64,000 bases of DNA from the human T2T-CHM13v2.0 reference genome, Homo sapiens: assembly GCF_009914755.1 (NCBI RefSeq), contig NC_060938.1, one strand, 5' to 3'. Positions 18,659-34,000 of this stretch are shown one piece after another. The notes beneath the pieces were generated by a model. The model was not told the origin of the DNA and did no database searches. It saw nothing but the letters and a program-made list of their open reading frames with translations. The position numbers and the translations under genes are program-made. Each line of letters starts with the position of its first letter. Position 1 is the stretch's first letter.

Positions 18659-19890
18659 TTACAAGCTGTGTGACCATAGATAAGTTACCTTGCCTCTCTG
18701 TTGCTCAGTTTTATCTTCTGAAACACAGAGATGTTCAGAGTGCAACTTTTCAGGATAGTGGTGGAGACTAAGTGAGTTTACACATATAAAGTACTTAGAA
18801 CAGTGCCTGGCACAAAATAAGGACTACGTAAGTGTTAGTTATTAGTATAAGCTTGCAGAGCTTACATTCCAGTAGGTGAGGAAATAACCTAAACAAACAA
18901 ACAAAAAATATTAGGCAGGTGATAAGTGCCATGAAGAAAATAGAAGAGAAAAGTGGGAGAGAGCGCTGCTGAGGATCTGTCTCATACCAGGTGAACAGGG
19001 AATGTCTCTATGAGGGTTGACATTTAACAGCAATGAAGTGTTTGTGGGAAGAGCTTTCAAGGGCCAGCAGATACAGGGACTGTGAAGGCAGGCCTGACCT
19101 GGCCGGCTGGAGGCTGAAGCACGCAGGTGGAGGGGAAAGTGCAGTAGGATGGTCTGGGAAGAGCTTGGGGCCAGACACCGTGGGGGCTCTGTAAGTTGGG
19201 GAAATAATTTGGATTTGATTCTTAGTACAATGGCAAGCCATTGCAGAGTTTTAAGCAGTGGAGACTGATGTTTAAAATGCTAATGCTGTCTGCAGGTGGA
19301 AAGAGAATAGCTTGTGAGAGTGTATGAGTGGAATGAAGTGGTCAGATGAGAGAGCGCGGCGGAGATGGAGAGAAGCGGAGAACTTGATGCATATTTTGGA
19401 GGCAAAATCAACAAGATTGGCTGATGGATTAAAAGCAGAAGGTAAGGTGAAGAGAAAACTCAAGGGACACTCAAATTTTTGGCTAGAACACTTTTCGGAG
19501 ATGGGGAGATGTAGAGAGAGAGGTGGGTGGGAATCAAGAATTCTACTTTGGTTACATTCAGTTGGGCAAATCACTTCAGCTCTCTAGGCTTCAGTTTCCT
19601 TATCTAGAGTAGGAAAATAATAATAATAATGTCCTCTTCTGTGGACAGAAGAGCACTGTGGTTAAGGGAAGAGAAGCCTGGGCTGTTTACTAGCTATGTG
19701 ACCATGTGCCAATTACATTATCTCTCTGTGTCTCAGTTTCCTCATCTGTAAAATCAGAACAATCCTAGTACCTATCTCAAATGGTTGTTATGAAGAGTAA
19801 AAGATTTAATATTTACAAAGTGCCTAAAATAGTTTCTGGCACATGGTAAAGCTACAGTAGAATCATAGATATATAAAAACAAATAGGGTA

Positions 19891-20210
<320 letters not shown>

Positions 20211-20299
20211 TTAGATAAGTGGCTCACCTCCACAAGCTAATCATTAACCATTGTTAAACAAAGAAAGAAAGAAACACTTGTCCCCTCTGGAATATACTA

Positions 20300-20700
20300 G
20301 AGAGATCTGCCCAATTCCACATAATCTCTTCCAGAAAATGGAAGAGGAGGGAATATTTCCCAATTCATTTTATAAAACTTGTTTTATGCTGATATTAAAA
20401 CCAAATAAAGACAGTACAAAAAAAGAAAAAGGAAAGCTACAGTCCTATATCCCTCATAAATGTAGATGCAGAAACCCTTAACAAAATATTAGCAAATAGA
20501 ATTCAGCAGTTTATAAAAAGCAGTATATACCATGACCAATCATGCAAGTCTCATTCAATATTCAAAAATCAGTCCATGCAATTTACCATACTAACAGGCT
20601 ATTTTTTCTTCTAAATGTTTTATAGTTTTATGTTTCACCTTTAAGTCTGTGTTCCGTTTTGAGTTAGTTTCTGTGTAATGTGTGAGGTTTATGGGGAGGC
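20300..20700 (+). mobile_element. L1 ORF2 fragment followed by a short opposite-strand L1 piece
   Basis: LFQKMEEEGIFPNSFY...LILKPNKD. Confidence 0.8.
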
Positions 20701-21595
20701 TGACTTAATCAACACTCCTGATACTGGAACCCAGGAGGGAGTAAAGGGAGAGGGAAGGCAGGAAGGAGCACAGGGGGTGGAGGAGAGTCCTGGGGATGTT
20801 CTGTGTTTTATATTGTGAAATGAACACCTTACCAATTCCTAGAAAAATAAAATAACGTATGACTTGGCAACAGTTTGTTGAATCAATAGCTAGGATTTAC
20901 AGACAGAATATATCCTCAGGAAAGAAGGGGATGGGGGGAAAGGCTCCTGAAGGTCCTTGGCATGCAGCCTTGGAGGACATACCATCAATCTTTCCATGAA
21001 TTAACCTCTAGTTTCCAGGAGCCTGAGCTGTACTCACCTGGTGAGGGCTTGGGGGTGGATAGGAATTGACAGACCCTTGTTTATGTATAGTGTCCCAGAG
21101 GAAGAAACTGGAGCTCTTTGCCTGCTGACAGGGGATGGTGGGAAGTGGGTGGCTGTGTGGGAGTGCTCTCTGGGTCATTTTCCTCAGGGCAGGGTGATGG
21201 GGATCTGGGGGAAGCTCTGTCCGGGGGCTTGGCTATTTGTCCTGCTCTGCATGGGAATGCCCAGGCAGTCCCAGATGCCCCTAGGGCAATCTCGAACCTA
21301 CTGCTCTGCCCCTCTGTTGCCAAGTGGGCAACTCAGACCTGGGAGGTTAAGGGTGGGAAGGCATTATAGGGGAGAGGGTCATTTGGGTTCAGGAAGGTGG
21401 GCAGGTACAGGTTAGGAAACAGATTAAAGGCTTAGTGAAAATGGGAGGCCCTCTAAATGAGTCCCTGGGAGTTTGGGAGTGATGGCGCCAGATTCCCTTC
21501 TCTCATCTTTTGTAGGGCAACAGACTGCCTCATCTTGCCATCCTATACCACCCAAGGGGTGTGAGAGCCAGGGTGGGACATACAGGTGATACAAA

Positions 21596-22196
<601 letters not shown>

Positions 22197-22224
22197 CTAG
22201 GTGCTTCACAGGTACAAACCACTG

Positions 22225-24360
22225 CAACTCATTGGAAGATCTCATTGGAAGAATCAGGCAGTTGTCAAGTTCATGATGGCAGATACAAATTTTTCACAAT
22301 TCTTAGTTTCGCTGGAAAGTTCAAATTTTATTACTGGCAGCAAATATCGTCAACTAATTTTCTTGAAGTGAGATTCTCTTTGCATTTCTAAGAAAGTGCC
22401 TGCAAAATACTCAGACCTGAATAATCATAGTTTGTCATTCTTTCCACTAAAAATCGTGTTTCATAAAAAATGTACACAGTTCAGCTATCTTGCATGGTTG
22501 CACGAGTACTGTTTCTTGAGATACCATTGTTCTTTAGTATGCAGCAGAAACGTTTAATGTATACTTCCCATTTCTTCACAAAGATTGTTGAAAAGACATG
22601 TTCTCTTGAATCAAGATTTAAGAAAATAACTGGAAGTGAAACTGGCTTTTCCCCCTCATTGCAAGTGTGTGGCATTAGGGAATAGAATGACGACTGGGAC
22701 AGTTTGGTGCCACTGCTTTGATTTGTGCTAAATGCCAGCAGTTTTACCCACCATTGCTTTTGTGTCATCGAAGAAAATATCAGAACTGTTGTTCTAGAAA
22801 AAACCATGAAAATAAAAAAAGTCAGCACTGAAAATTTTACCACCCTTTGTGTTTTTTTTTTTTTTTTTTGCCAAGTATTCCCATAAAAGAAAATGATTAG
22901 TTGGTGCTGACACTGGAGGAATACAAGAAAACAGCAAGTCTCCATGTGTGAGGCAAAAGTGCAATTATGTAGACAAGAGGTTAACTCAGTCTTCATGTTT
23001 GCAGCTACATGTTTAATTTGACGAGTGATTGTGTTGTTGAAAAGTGGCAGCCCCTAGGATTTCTTTCACTGATTTTTATCCAGCAGGCTTTCAGTGATGT
23101 CAATGTATAAGGCTTTATTATCTCTCAGCCTTTGTGTGGGCTTCTCCAGCTAATGCAATACAATAACTTACCCTATGAGAAGCTTCAGTAACTTTTTCAT
23201 GGCCAGTTTGAAAATCTAACAATTTTTGGATTTTAAAGAGCTCACCATATCTACATTTAAAATGCTTAATTCGTTTTTCTCTAAACTCTAAATGATTGGT
23301 CTCAAAGTGATGCTGCAACTAACTATTAGAGTAAACAAATAAGTTTAGTAATAGTATTGCTAAAATACTCTTCAAAATATTCTGTTGAATAAGACATAAT
23401 AAGTTGAATTATTACTATACATATAGATGAGGGAAATATAGATTTCATTATATTTTTGGTTTTTATTTAGTTTTTCACAGTTTCTTCAGAGTATATCCCT
23501 CCCTTCCGCTAGTCAGACAACTCCCTGATATGCCAATTTCATCTTTAAAAACTTTATTATTTATTTATTTTATTTTTAAATTAAATTGATATAAAAAATA
23601 AATAGAGGTGGGGTCTTGATGTGTTGCCCAGGCCAGTCTTGAACACCTGGACTCAAGCAATCCTCCCACCTTGGCCTCCCAAAGTGCTGGGATTACAGGT
23701 GTAAGCAACTCCACCTGGCCTAATTTCATTTTTTTTTTCAGTATTTTTATACTGGGACGGTGCACCTGTGGGTTGAGAAAGCAAATCTAATCAATCCATC
23801 TTATGCCAATGATAAATCCTTGACTATAAGAATAAATATATTGTAAAGAAATGGTCTAATAACAATTTTGGTTAAAATTACACAATTCATTAGGGTTTTA
23901 AAAACATTTAAAAAATGCTATTACAAAACAAGACAAAGTGTATTGTTTCTTGTGTTTTCAGATGTAAGAAAAACTTCAGAATTTCAAAATAAAAATTTAT
24001 TAGATAATAGTATTGCAATTATAGCAGGTATAACTGAAGACAGCTAGGAAGAACACGGTAAGAACACAAGAAGAAACTGAGTTGTCTCCAAACAAGCATA
24101 TTTGTATACCCTAAATCTACTTCTTTAGAAAAATTTGGAAAACAGTGTATACATACACATTTCATTAGCTGTCAGAGCAGTGGTGTCATCACTTGCCAAG
24201 TAGCCTCTGGAAAACTCCACTGTATGTTTGTGAGAGAGTAAGGGTGTAAAAGGCAAATAATGTCCTACTTCTATTATGAAAGTAATTTTGACCTCTTGGA
24301 ACCCTACAAAGGGTTCCCCAAGGGGTTCCCTAACCACACATTGATAACTGTTAAACAAGG
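22225..24360 (-). mobile_element. Charlie1-type hAT DNA transposon remnant (Alu monomer at ~23560-23720)
   Basis: Minus-strand peptide HHFETNH...[21 protein letters not shown] resembles Charlie/Buster transposase; Charlie1-like subterminal sequence. Confidence 0.7.
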
Positions 24361-24809
24361 GTAATATTTATTCTGTGGAATGTTAGGCAGCTTTACAAAG
24401 CAATGAGATAGATATATATTGCCATGCAAAAAGTTGTACAACAATGCAACAGTGTTTACAATATGATACACACGCACACAAAGAACAAGCCTACATATTC
24501 TATACTTACATATATATATTCAAATGCATAGAAAAGCTCTAGAAGAACACACTATTAACTGTGCTTACTTTTTGGAAGAGTACAGGGATCTGGTGGCTTA
24601 ATGTTGGAGAACTTTTGCTTTATCTATATTTTGTAAATGGTTACAGGGAGAATGTACTCATTACTGGTGTCATTTAAATCTATTTTATAAAGGATATTTT
24701 GTCTTCACTTTTCTTCTGGATGATGTACAAAATTTATACAATTTTGATATTTTTTTCAGATCAATTAATTGTTACTGTTCTCTGGAAAATCCTTACTAGG
24801 GCAAAGGAG

Positions 24810-25005
24810 TATGATTGCTAGATAAAATACAGAATACCTAGTTAAGTTGGAATTGCAAATAAAACACAAATCAGTTTTTTTTAAATGTAAGTATGTCCTA
24901 TGCAATATTTGGGACATACTTATACAAAAAGGTTATTTGTTGTGTACATGAAATTCAAATTTAACCTGACATCCTGTATTTTGATTTGCAAGTCTGGCAA
25001 CCTTA
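24810..25005. mobile_element. MER33/MER3-like hAT MITE
   Basis: ttgctagataaaatacag ... tctggcaacc. Confidence 0.7.
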
Positions 25006-25130
25006 TAAAGGGGACATAGGGAGGTGGCCCTTTAGTGCCAAGATGTGGAGTAGAACCCAGATCCATTGGCAACTTACTGATGTTAACCGAAGTGTATTGT
25101 ATGCCACCTTTGACAGTCAGAGCTCACTAG

Positions 25131-25234
25131 AGGATAAGGAAGCTCTGACAGGAGGATAAGGAAGAATAAGGAAGGAGGATAAAGAGGATAAGGAAGCTCT
25201 GACAGGCGGATAAGGAAGCTCTGACAGGAGGATA
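25131..25234 (+). repeat. 22-bp minisatellite (aggataaggaagctctgacagg)
   Basis: Three full units plus partial units. Confidence 0.9.
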
Positions 25235-25828
25235 CTGGGGGCAAAGTCATGCAGGCAAGCCAACTTTTCTCCTGATAAATGCCTCTATGGCTGGTCAAGT
25301 TAGTGAGATACTATGATAATGGGAGTGGGGACTGAGTTGGAGGGAGGTTGTAAAATGTTGCAACTGGCATTTGGGCTTCATGTTTACAAATGAACAAGTC
25401 TTGCACAAAATGTAGCCCTTGGAGTTGTGCTTGCATAACTCTCCTGTAGCCACCATAAGGTTGGTAATATTCCCTGTGTTTCTGGGCTCTAATAAGGCCC
25501 CTATCTTTCTACATTACCCCATGGCTATCAAAGGCTGTGGCTACTAAGGGGGATTTCCTTAAGATGGTAAAAGGTTATTGCAAGAACTTTCTTTTCCACC
25601 TTCTTTTCTTCCCCTCAGGGGGATGTACATATACCACTTCCTCCATTTCTTGTTTTCCACACTTTTTTGTCTTATAGAATTTCACCCTAGTCAATACTTT
25701 CTCAAATGTATAAACCCTTAGTTTTTTTCCTTAGGGTTTCTTCTTCTTTTCTCAGTTTTTTACCTCTTTTCTCTCTTTCAGATTTTGCCATAGAGAAATC
25801 TCTTGCTTTTCAATCTCTCCAATTTGGG

Positions 25829-25880
25829 AACCAACCAACCAACCAGTCTACCAACCAGCCAACGAACCAACTACTCAACC
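25829..25880 (+). repeat. Degenerate (CCAA)n microsatellite
   Basis: aaccaaccaaccaaccag... Confidence 0.75.
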
Positions 25881-26744
25881 GGTCAACTGACTCCTCCCGG
25901 AGACAAAGATTGGAGAATTGCTTGAATCTGGTACAAAGACTAAAGCAAAGTAATACTGTATCATGCACAGACCTCAACTCTGTGAAGACAGTCCCTCATG
26001 CTGTAGGAAGTCAGCCTTGAATATCTAGGCTTAGGGGAGGCTGAGAAAGGTCACCACTGGAGAAGTAAGCGGTTGGGGCAGGTCAGGATCCAGGGCTCTC
26101 AATTCTTATGGAGAGATTTTGCTTTTTTAAAACATCAGACCTGCTGGTGTTTGCACTCAGTTTTCTTTCTTATAAAAATCAACTCTATTGAGATGTACTG
26201 CCCAATCAAGATATAGAACATTTGCATCACCCTAGAAAACTTCCTTGTGCCCCAAATCACATCACTGATGTGATTTCTATCACTATAGCTGAGTTTTGTC
26301 TATCCTAGAACTTTGTGTAAATTGTCCTTTTCTTTTGACTTTATGTAGTTTTTTTCTCATGTGGAAGAAAAAGAATTATTGTAGTTTTATGGTTTTTAAA
26401 AAATATTCAAATCGGATTCATCTGACATTTATTTTGGTGTAGTGTGTGAAAGGCACAGATCTAATCTCATTTATTTTCTCCCAGAGAGCTACCTGGTTGT
26501 TTCAACATCATTTATTGACAAATGTATCTTTTTTCTCACTGGTTTAAATGCCACCTTTATCATACATTAAATTCCCAAGTGTGCTCAGGTATATTTCTGG
26601 ACCGTCCGTTCTTTTCCTTTGATGTGTTTATTCATGTCTCAATACAATACTCTTTTAATTATGGTTGGTTTATTTTTAAAATGTCTCATATTTTAGAATT
26701 TTCTGCTCTATCTCTTCAATGGGTTACTTCTCACCAAGGTTCCC

Positions 26745-27268
26745 ATATTAGTTATCTATTGCTGCATAACAAATTATCCTAAAACTCAGCAGCTTGAAAA
26801 TGTGTTATCTCACACTTTCTGAGAGTCAGGAACCTGAGAGCACTGTAGCTGGGTAGTTCTGGCTTAGGATCTCTCAAGAGGTTGTGGCTATGCTGTCAGC
26901 AGGGCTGCAGTTGTCTCAAGACTTGACTGGGGCTAAGAGATTCGCTTCCAGGCTCACTCACATGATTGAGCAAATAGGCCTTAGTTCCTCACTGGTCTCA
27001 GTTCCTCGCTGGCTGTTGGCTGGAGGACTCAGGTCTTTACCACATGGGTTTGCAATAGGGATGCTCCCAATATGGCAGCCAGAGTGCTGAGAGAGAGAGA
27101 GAGGAGAGAGAGAGCAAGCCCAAGACAGAACACTCTGTTTTTTACAGCCTAACCTTGGAAGTGATGGACCATTACCTCTGGCAACTCTGGTGTGGTGTGA
27201 GAAACTTATGTGGGTGCGAGTACCAGTGGGCAGGGATCATAGTGGCCATCTAGAGGCTGGCTCCCACA
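26745..27268 (-). mobile_element. MLT1 (MaLR) LTR
   Basis: tattagttatctattgctgcataacaaattatcc start; (GA)n; gaggctggctcccaca end. Confidence 0.7.
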
Positions 27269-28024
27269 GTTCCAATCCTGGCTCTCTTCTCTTTTCACTT
27301 TCTTCACGCTCCTGGGAGCTCTATTCCATTTGATGAGGCTGCTTCTACCTATGACCAATAATCCCCAAATAATTATCCTTATCGCTAACTCAGTCTTGAA
27401 CTCTGGAACTATTTCCAATTGCAGGGATACCTCCTCTGAAATATCCCATAGTGATCTCCATGCCTTTAATGATGCTTTCCTGGGGAACCGTCTGAACCTT
27501 AGACCTACTTCTATTTTGACATGTATCCCTGCGTTGCATTTATCTGATTCCTCCATTAGACTATAAGCTGATTTTTATTTATTTATTTCTGTAAGCTTAT
27601 TGAGGGTAGGGACTATGTTTTCATTATTTTTTTGTGTTTGCAGTACTTGGTGCCTAGCATGAAGTGGGGTCTGGAGCCTGCTTGAGTTTGGGGCTGTGGA
27701 CTCATGGGTCCATCTGTTTCCATTGTGTGACAGCATCTCTGGAGACAGCCAGACTGGCAAGAATGGGTCCTCAAACTGTGCTTTGTACTTTTTTTTCTTC
27801 TTTTCCTTTCCCTCTTCCTCCTCCCAGTCTCAAGAGGTAACTTTGAGACAAACTGCATATATGTTACCTTTCATCTCGAAATAACAATCTCAGAATGTGC
27901 TGTGAACCTCCACTCCCTTTCTTTCCCATGCTATGCTCCCATGCCTTATGTATAGTTATTTACCTAAAGGCTTGTTAAGCACAAACCATGTTCTCTTATC
28001 TGCAATATATTTCCTTAGAAGCTT

Positions 28025-31000
28025 TGTTGCAGTAGGTAGTCAGGCAGACATGAGCAGGGCAGGAGAGAGCTCCCCACCACACACCAGGAATACCAGTTGT
28101 TATGCTGTTTCTCTAAAATAATAATTGGCCACAGCTGGTGCCAGGGAACGGCCATCTCCCAATACATAGAAACACCTGAAGCTGGTGATCAGCAGCTTCC
28201 AGATAAGATCTCAGGAGTTGGGTGAGTGGGCTCAAGCATGCACATCAAGAGGTAAAATGGCTGAGTTTAACTGGTATATGACCACCTTCTAGGAATACTC
28301 GACTGGTAAGGGAAGAATGCTTAAAGTGAGCATGTGTACAACTCCAGTAAACACACTGCACATGAAGTCCCTGTCAGGTGCTGGCAGGCCATTGCACATG
28401 CAGAATGCCAATATGTAAGAACTCAAGTCCAAGGTCAGACCTGGCACTCGATCTCTCAAGTTGCTTGCTTGGCCCTCTTTCTAGCATACTTTACTTCCTT
28501 TCGTTCCTGCTCTAAAGCTTTTTAATAACTTTTCACACCTGCTTCAACACTTGCCTGGGTCTCTCACTCTGCCTTATGTCCTTCAGTTGAATTTTTTCTC
28601 CTGAGGAAGCAAGAATTGAGGTTGCTGCAGACCTGTACGGACTCACTGCTGCTAACATACTTTAGTGCCATGTGGCTCGGATACATTCCCTAGTGGTAAG
28701 AGATCTCTACCTCTCACCTTCTTCAGCTGGAGGTGTTCAACCCCTGTACACAGTTTCCTTCTGTCTTTTCACTCTCCTGCCTACTAACCAACCCTCAGAA
28801 TGATTCCTGTCAGCCACAGAGGCTCTGCTACCCCAGGCTGACCTCTCAGTTCACCCTGACCGATGGGTTGAGGGGGTAGGAAGGACCTTGGAGTCTGCAT
28901 TGAGTAGCTCTGAGGCAGTAATGGCTCTCCTAGAGAAGGAGCTTACAAGAGTAGCAGGGCTAAAGCCTAAAACCATGCAATACCTGGGGTTTCCTCTGCT
29001 TTTTCAACTAAAATCCACTCTTTTCCAAAATCTTCACTGTCTATTCTCCTGTTTTCCCTGTGTGTATTCTGAAATGGCCTTGCACACCCACTGACTGTCT
29101 GCCTCAGGGGCAAGTCTGCCTCTTCTCTGGTTTCACTTCACATGCTGTGTGACTGTCTTCTCTGCCTTAAAACTCACACTCCCTGTTATTTGTGTGCCCA
29201 CAGCTCTTGATGCATCTGCTCAGCAGCAAAGACATGGGCTCCATTTGTGATTACCCCAAGATTTATACTTGTATACTTGTTTTTACTCTACCAGCGCAGA
29301 TGACCTCCAACCTTTCCCCTGTCTACTGGCTCACTGCTGGGACAGACATTAATTGGAACTCTGGCTCTGCCAGCTTCTTATGACTTACAATATGCTCTTC
29401 ACTCCTTTTACACCCCAGGGCCAAGTTTTCTGGTGGCATTTGAAGCAGTTTGTCTGCCTGCATAGGACCTCGCTCTGCTTTTTTTTTTTTGAATTAGGAC
29501 TCCTTTGGGAAGAGGGAAATTCTTCCTTTGTCATTTGCAAGTTCTTACCCCAAGCTCCAAGTCCTGTGGAGGTTACTCGTTTATGTCAAGAGGGCAAATA
29601 AATGTTGCTGTCTCAAATCCAAGGGCTATTTTTTGTGAGCATAAGAAGGCTTTCCTTGAGTATTCCTCTTGCTTCCTTCCACATTCTCCAGTAGCCTCCA
29701 TTTCTCTAATCACTTCCACACCCTTGTCAATGTGCATCAAGACCTTCAAGGTCATATTCGAAGGGAGGGAAGTCCACCCCCTTGCGGCAGGACAAGACAG
29801 GCTTCTCATCCACTTAAAGAACATGGGAAATGGGAATCTGAGAAAAGAGACAATCATTTTGTTGCTCTGAGCGAGCATCACTATAAGGTCATGGAGACAA
29901 GGATACAGGCCAGCCCAAGGCTGCAGGATCAAGAGACCCATAGGACAGAGCTGAAGGCTGGTCCCAAGCTAACAGATAACCATTAGAACAGAGACCAAGG
30001 CAAGGTTAGAGGTACACAGTAATATCAGTTCATTCTGGAACCCCAAGGATGAACAGGGGGCCCCCTGTTCACTCCAGCATTTCCTTTGTTCTCAAGTGGG
30101 TAATTGTGACGAGATGGGACCAACGTTAAAGGTACACAGTAAGACCAATTCATTCCAGAACCCTAAGGACAAATGGGGGACACCCTATTCAGGATAATAG
30201 GAAAGTAAGAAGGGGCAGCATCTTTTTCCTTTTTCCTCCTCTGTCCTGTCTTCACAGATGGGTAATTGTGTCTCCAGACCACAGGACATGCCCCTCGGAT
30301 TCATCCTCCAAAACTAGAAAAAGTTTGATTCCCCTAAACCTTAAAACAAACAAACAAAAAAAACCCTAGTTTTTCTTTATATTATTGTTTGGCCTAAAAA
30401 TAAACTGGGAGAAAATACGAAAGTCAGCCTTAGAACTTAGTGCCTTTATGCAGGAAATCCTCAAATTAGCCTCCCTGGTCTTTTATAACTGAAAGCAGAA
30501 TAAGGAGGGCAGGGCTAGGGAGAAAGAGAAATGCAGGTACTAGAGGCAGGCTGAACTATTAGCTGCTTTGCAAGCCCACCAGTCCCCTCCAGGTTGCCCT
30601 AAGGACACTCCTCCAGATAAGTGCCATTGGTGCTGAAAGACAGGTCACTGGAAGGCAAACTTCCCCAATGAGAAAATTGGGAAAAAGGCCCACATGGCTT
30701 GCCCTGTCTGCCACAAGCTTGGCCACTGGAGATGGGACTGTCCTGAAGGCTGAAGGGCCCCTGGGACAGAATCCCAACCACTTATGGCCCTGAGCTGAAG
30801 GGGCTCTCCACTCCAGCTGGCTTCCAAGTCAGACATTGTCACCAACAGGACAAAGCCAAGGGCAACTCTGGAGGTGGCAAGTAAAATTTAAAGTTTCCCT
30901 TTTGGGTTTAAGAGCTGCCTACTCTGTGCTAATCTCCTTCTCTAAGCAACTCTCCTCCAAATCCTGTTGGGATCCACACCCCTTTATATTACTTAAGGGA

Positions 31001-34000
31001 CTAATTACCATTCTCTCACCAGTCCCTGGTAATGTCTAGATACCCCACACCTCCTTGGGGCAAAAATATGCTTTCCAAGATGGATGCCTACTTAATATTT
31101 AGCCTATCTTTGAATTCATCTTTCCCTCTGATAGCCCTATTTCTCCCAAAAAGCTACCTAAATCTTTAACCTAAACATTTCTACCTCAGGGGTTTAGAAA
31201 TAGCCCACTCTTACTCGAACCAGCCCTAGCAAAAAAATCTAACTGAGCAATCTCTTGAGAGGGATAACTTCTATAGTATGTAGACAATCTCTTTATCTGC
31301 TCTCACTTCATGGGACTTGCACAGCAACATGCAGTACAATGCTTAACTTTCTAACAGAAGGAAAATTACTTTGTTAATTCAAAGGCTATAGAGATAAAGA
31401 GGTATTTTTGGTGAGGAAGGTTATAAATAAAAGAGATTTTATATGAGAAAAGTTCTTGTATGGTAAATTCTTGTCCTAAAGTAAAATGACTGGTTGTTTA
31501 GAAAGAGAGATGTTTAGGACAAGTCAGAAAGTCCAAGAATGTTGTAGATGGTTTGTGTAAGTTGTAAAAAGATTCGTGAAAGGGAATTTGTGAAAGAAAA
31601 GTTATACAATTTTAAAGGTTAGTAGGTCTACTAAATGCTTTAAGGTCATAAGCAACTACTATGACTCTTAACTGTGCAACTTGCCTGCTTTAAAGCTATT
31701 AAATTCTAGGTAAGGTCCTGGGACATACAGAGTTAGTCACGCCCCCTAGCTATGCTGGAAAGTCAAACCTTATCTGCAGTTCTGTCTGGTGTTCTAGGCT
31801 CCAAACCTAGTACATAATTAGAATAGCTTACTTACTATGATTTTCACCAAAAGTAAAAGTTGCTAAGAGTTAACAATGTAACATGTCTAGAAAAGCAGTT
31901 TTACAGGCAAGGCGTATAAGGAAAATAGAATGTGCTTTTGGTAAAACCTTATAAGAAGGCTTGGTAATGTAGACATTTTTGCTTCGTTTAGAGGGTTAAA
32001 TAATGGTTTTAAGTTAGATAGAATATAGTTGAAGATTTGAGCAAGTTGTAGGAGGTCTGTGAAAGACTAATCTTGTAAAAGAAATTCTGCATGTGAACAT
32101 ATTAGCTAAAATTAAAGGAGCATTATTAAGTTTATCCATAAATTGAACACTGGAATAAACTTACAACATGGTTTTCTTAGAGCATTGTTCTGTTCTTTAA
32201 CAGAAAATTGTAAAGGGTTGAAAAAGGTTTATAAAAATCTTACCTTATGGTCAAACTGATTAAGATTGGACAGATTTATCTACAAAGTTTTATTAAGAAT
32301 TGTGTTTAACATCAATAGTATACTAATGCAAAAGTAATATTTAGCCAAAATTGTGTAAAACCCTTGTAATTCTGATATGACTTAGTATATGTTACCAGTG
32401 ATAATTGTAATTGTTATGTTAAATTATTGTGTGCCACAAAGATAGCAAATTTCCTTGTCAGTTGCATCTTTGGCCGTGGCTGCCCTAAGACTTTTTGTCA
32501 TCCACAGACCATTATTGTCTTCTTTTGAACCTCTGTAAAAGATGGTTTTATAATCGCTGTAGGACCCTAACAGGTGCTCTTAAATCCAGGTTTCTGATAA
32601 CTTTGGAGATTGTGACATTAGAATAGATGAAAAAACTTTCAGGACTCTCATGGAGAGCTGAAATATTCATGAATATCAAGCAGAATAGGAGTTAATTGCA
32701 TGGCCTGAACTAATAGAAGACTGAAATAATCCTTTTGTGACTTTTTGCTGAAAACATTGCTGATCCTTTGTTTTTCAGAGCCAAGAAAACTTTTCTCCTG
32801 AGCTGTTTACAGCTTTTAACAATTAAGTAAAATATACTGCTGTAAGCAAAATTTGGAGCATGTTTGTTTCTTTCTACGTGATTTCTTTAGAATTTGGAAA
32901 CTATTTGTGAGTATTCTAAAGTTATGGCAATATAGTTGTTTGCATAAGTGCAATAAGAATCTGTTTCCTTTTGCAACAGGACACAATTGGAGAAACTGAT
33001 TATTTTACCAAGGCTTTGACTAGAATGGTGTGCTTTCCTTTAAGGAATCAAATTTGACTTACAGAGCCAATAAAAACCCCTTGGGAACACTTCCCTCATA
33101 GCTTGTCTACACAGTTCTTGTACAGGGTTCTTGACTTGTGGTAAGTAGAGAATGTCACTTTCTGACAGGTCCAGGAGCCTCAAGTTATCTTGGGACCTCT
33201 AGAGGAGAGGAATTCACCCAACTCATACAGGTATTTGATGGCACAAACCCATGGCTTGTCTTAAGGCTTTAAAGTCTTATCTGGGATTCCTCATGGAACA
33301 GTTTCATCAAAACCCATTTTAAAAGGAGATTATATGGCAAATAATTATTTTTACTGTATTCTATGTAAATAATCAGGCTGAGTATAATAAGACTAAAGCT
33401 TATTTTGTAAATAAGTCAGTCCTACCATGATTTGTTTTTAGTAAAAAAAAAAAGGGGAAATTAGAGAGAGAAAAATTATGTTTCAAGAACTATGGTATAC
33501 CTGTTATTAGATTCTAGTCTTATCAGTTGCTTTTGAGTTTTTTCCCCCCACAATTTAGACTGACCCTGCTTATTCCTGTGAACCAACCAGTGATCTCTGG
33601 CTGCAGCTCAGAAGAAACAAGAAGGATGGGCCATCAAGCTCCAGATGATCCTCAGTGAGGAATACCATCCTCTCAATATTCAGGAGTCACCCTTCTACAG
33701 AGGACCCCTAGAATGCTCATCAGTGGGACACAACAGAGGTGAAATTCTGCCCCTGCCTCCCTTGGACCTGGCTGAATACTGCTTTCACCAACCCATGGAG
33801 CCACCCTGCCCTGACAGCTAGCAAGAGGCCAAGACTCACAGAACAACCACCACTGCCCATCTGTCAGCAGGAGGTAGCTATAAAAGACTGATCTTTGTCC
33901 ATTCTCCCCAAAGAATTGGGAGTTTTGGATGAACTCTTGATGGGGGAAGTGTTTACAGTAGGTAGTCAGGTAGACATGAACAGGATAGGAGAGGCCCCCC

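Noticed and set aside
25806-25928. Imperfect inverted repeat around the (CCAA)n tract as a possible miRNA hairpin
   Set aside because: Stem is short and gapped, with a loop too large for a pre-miRNA
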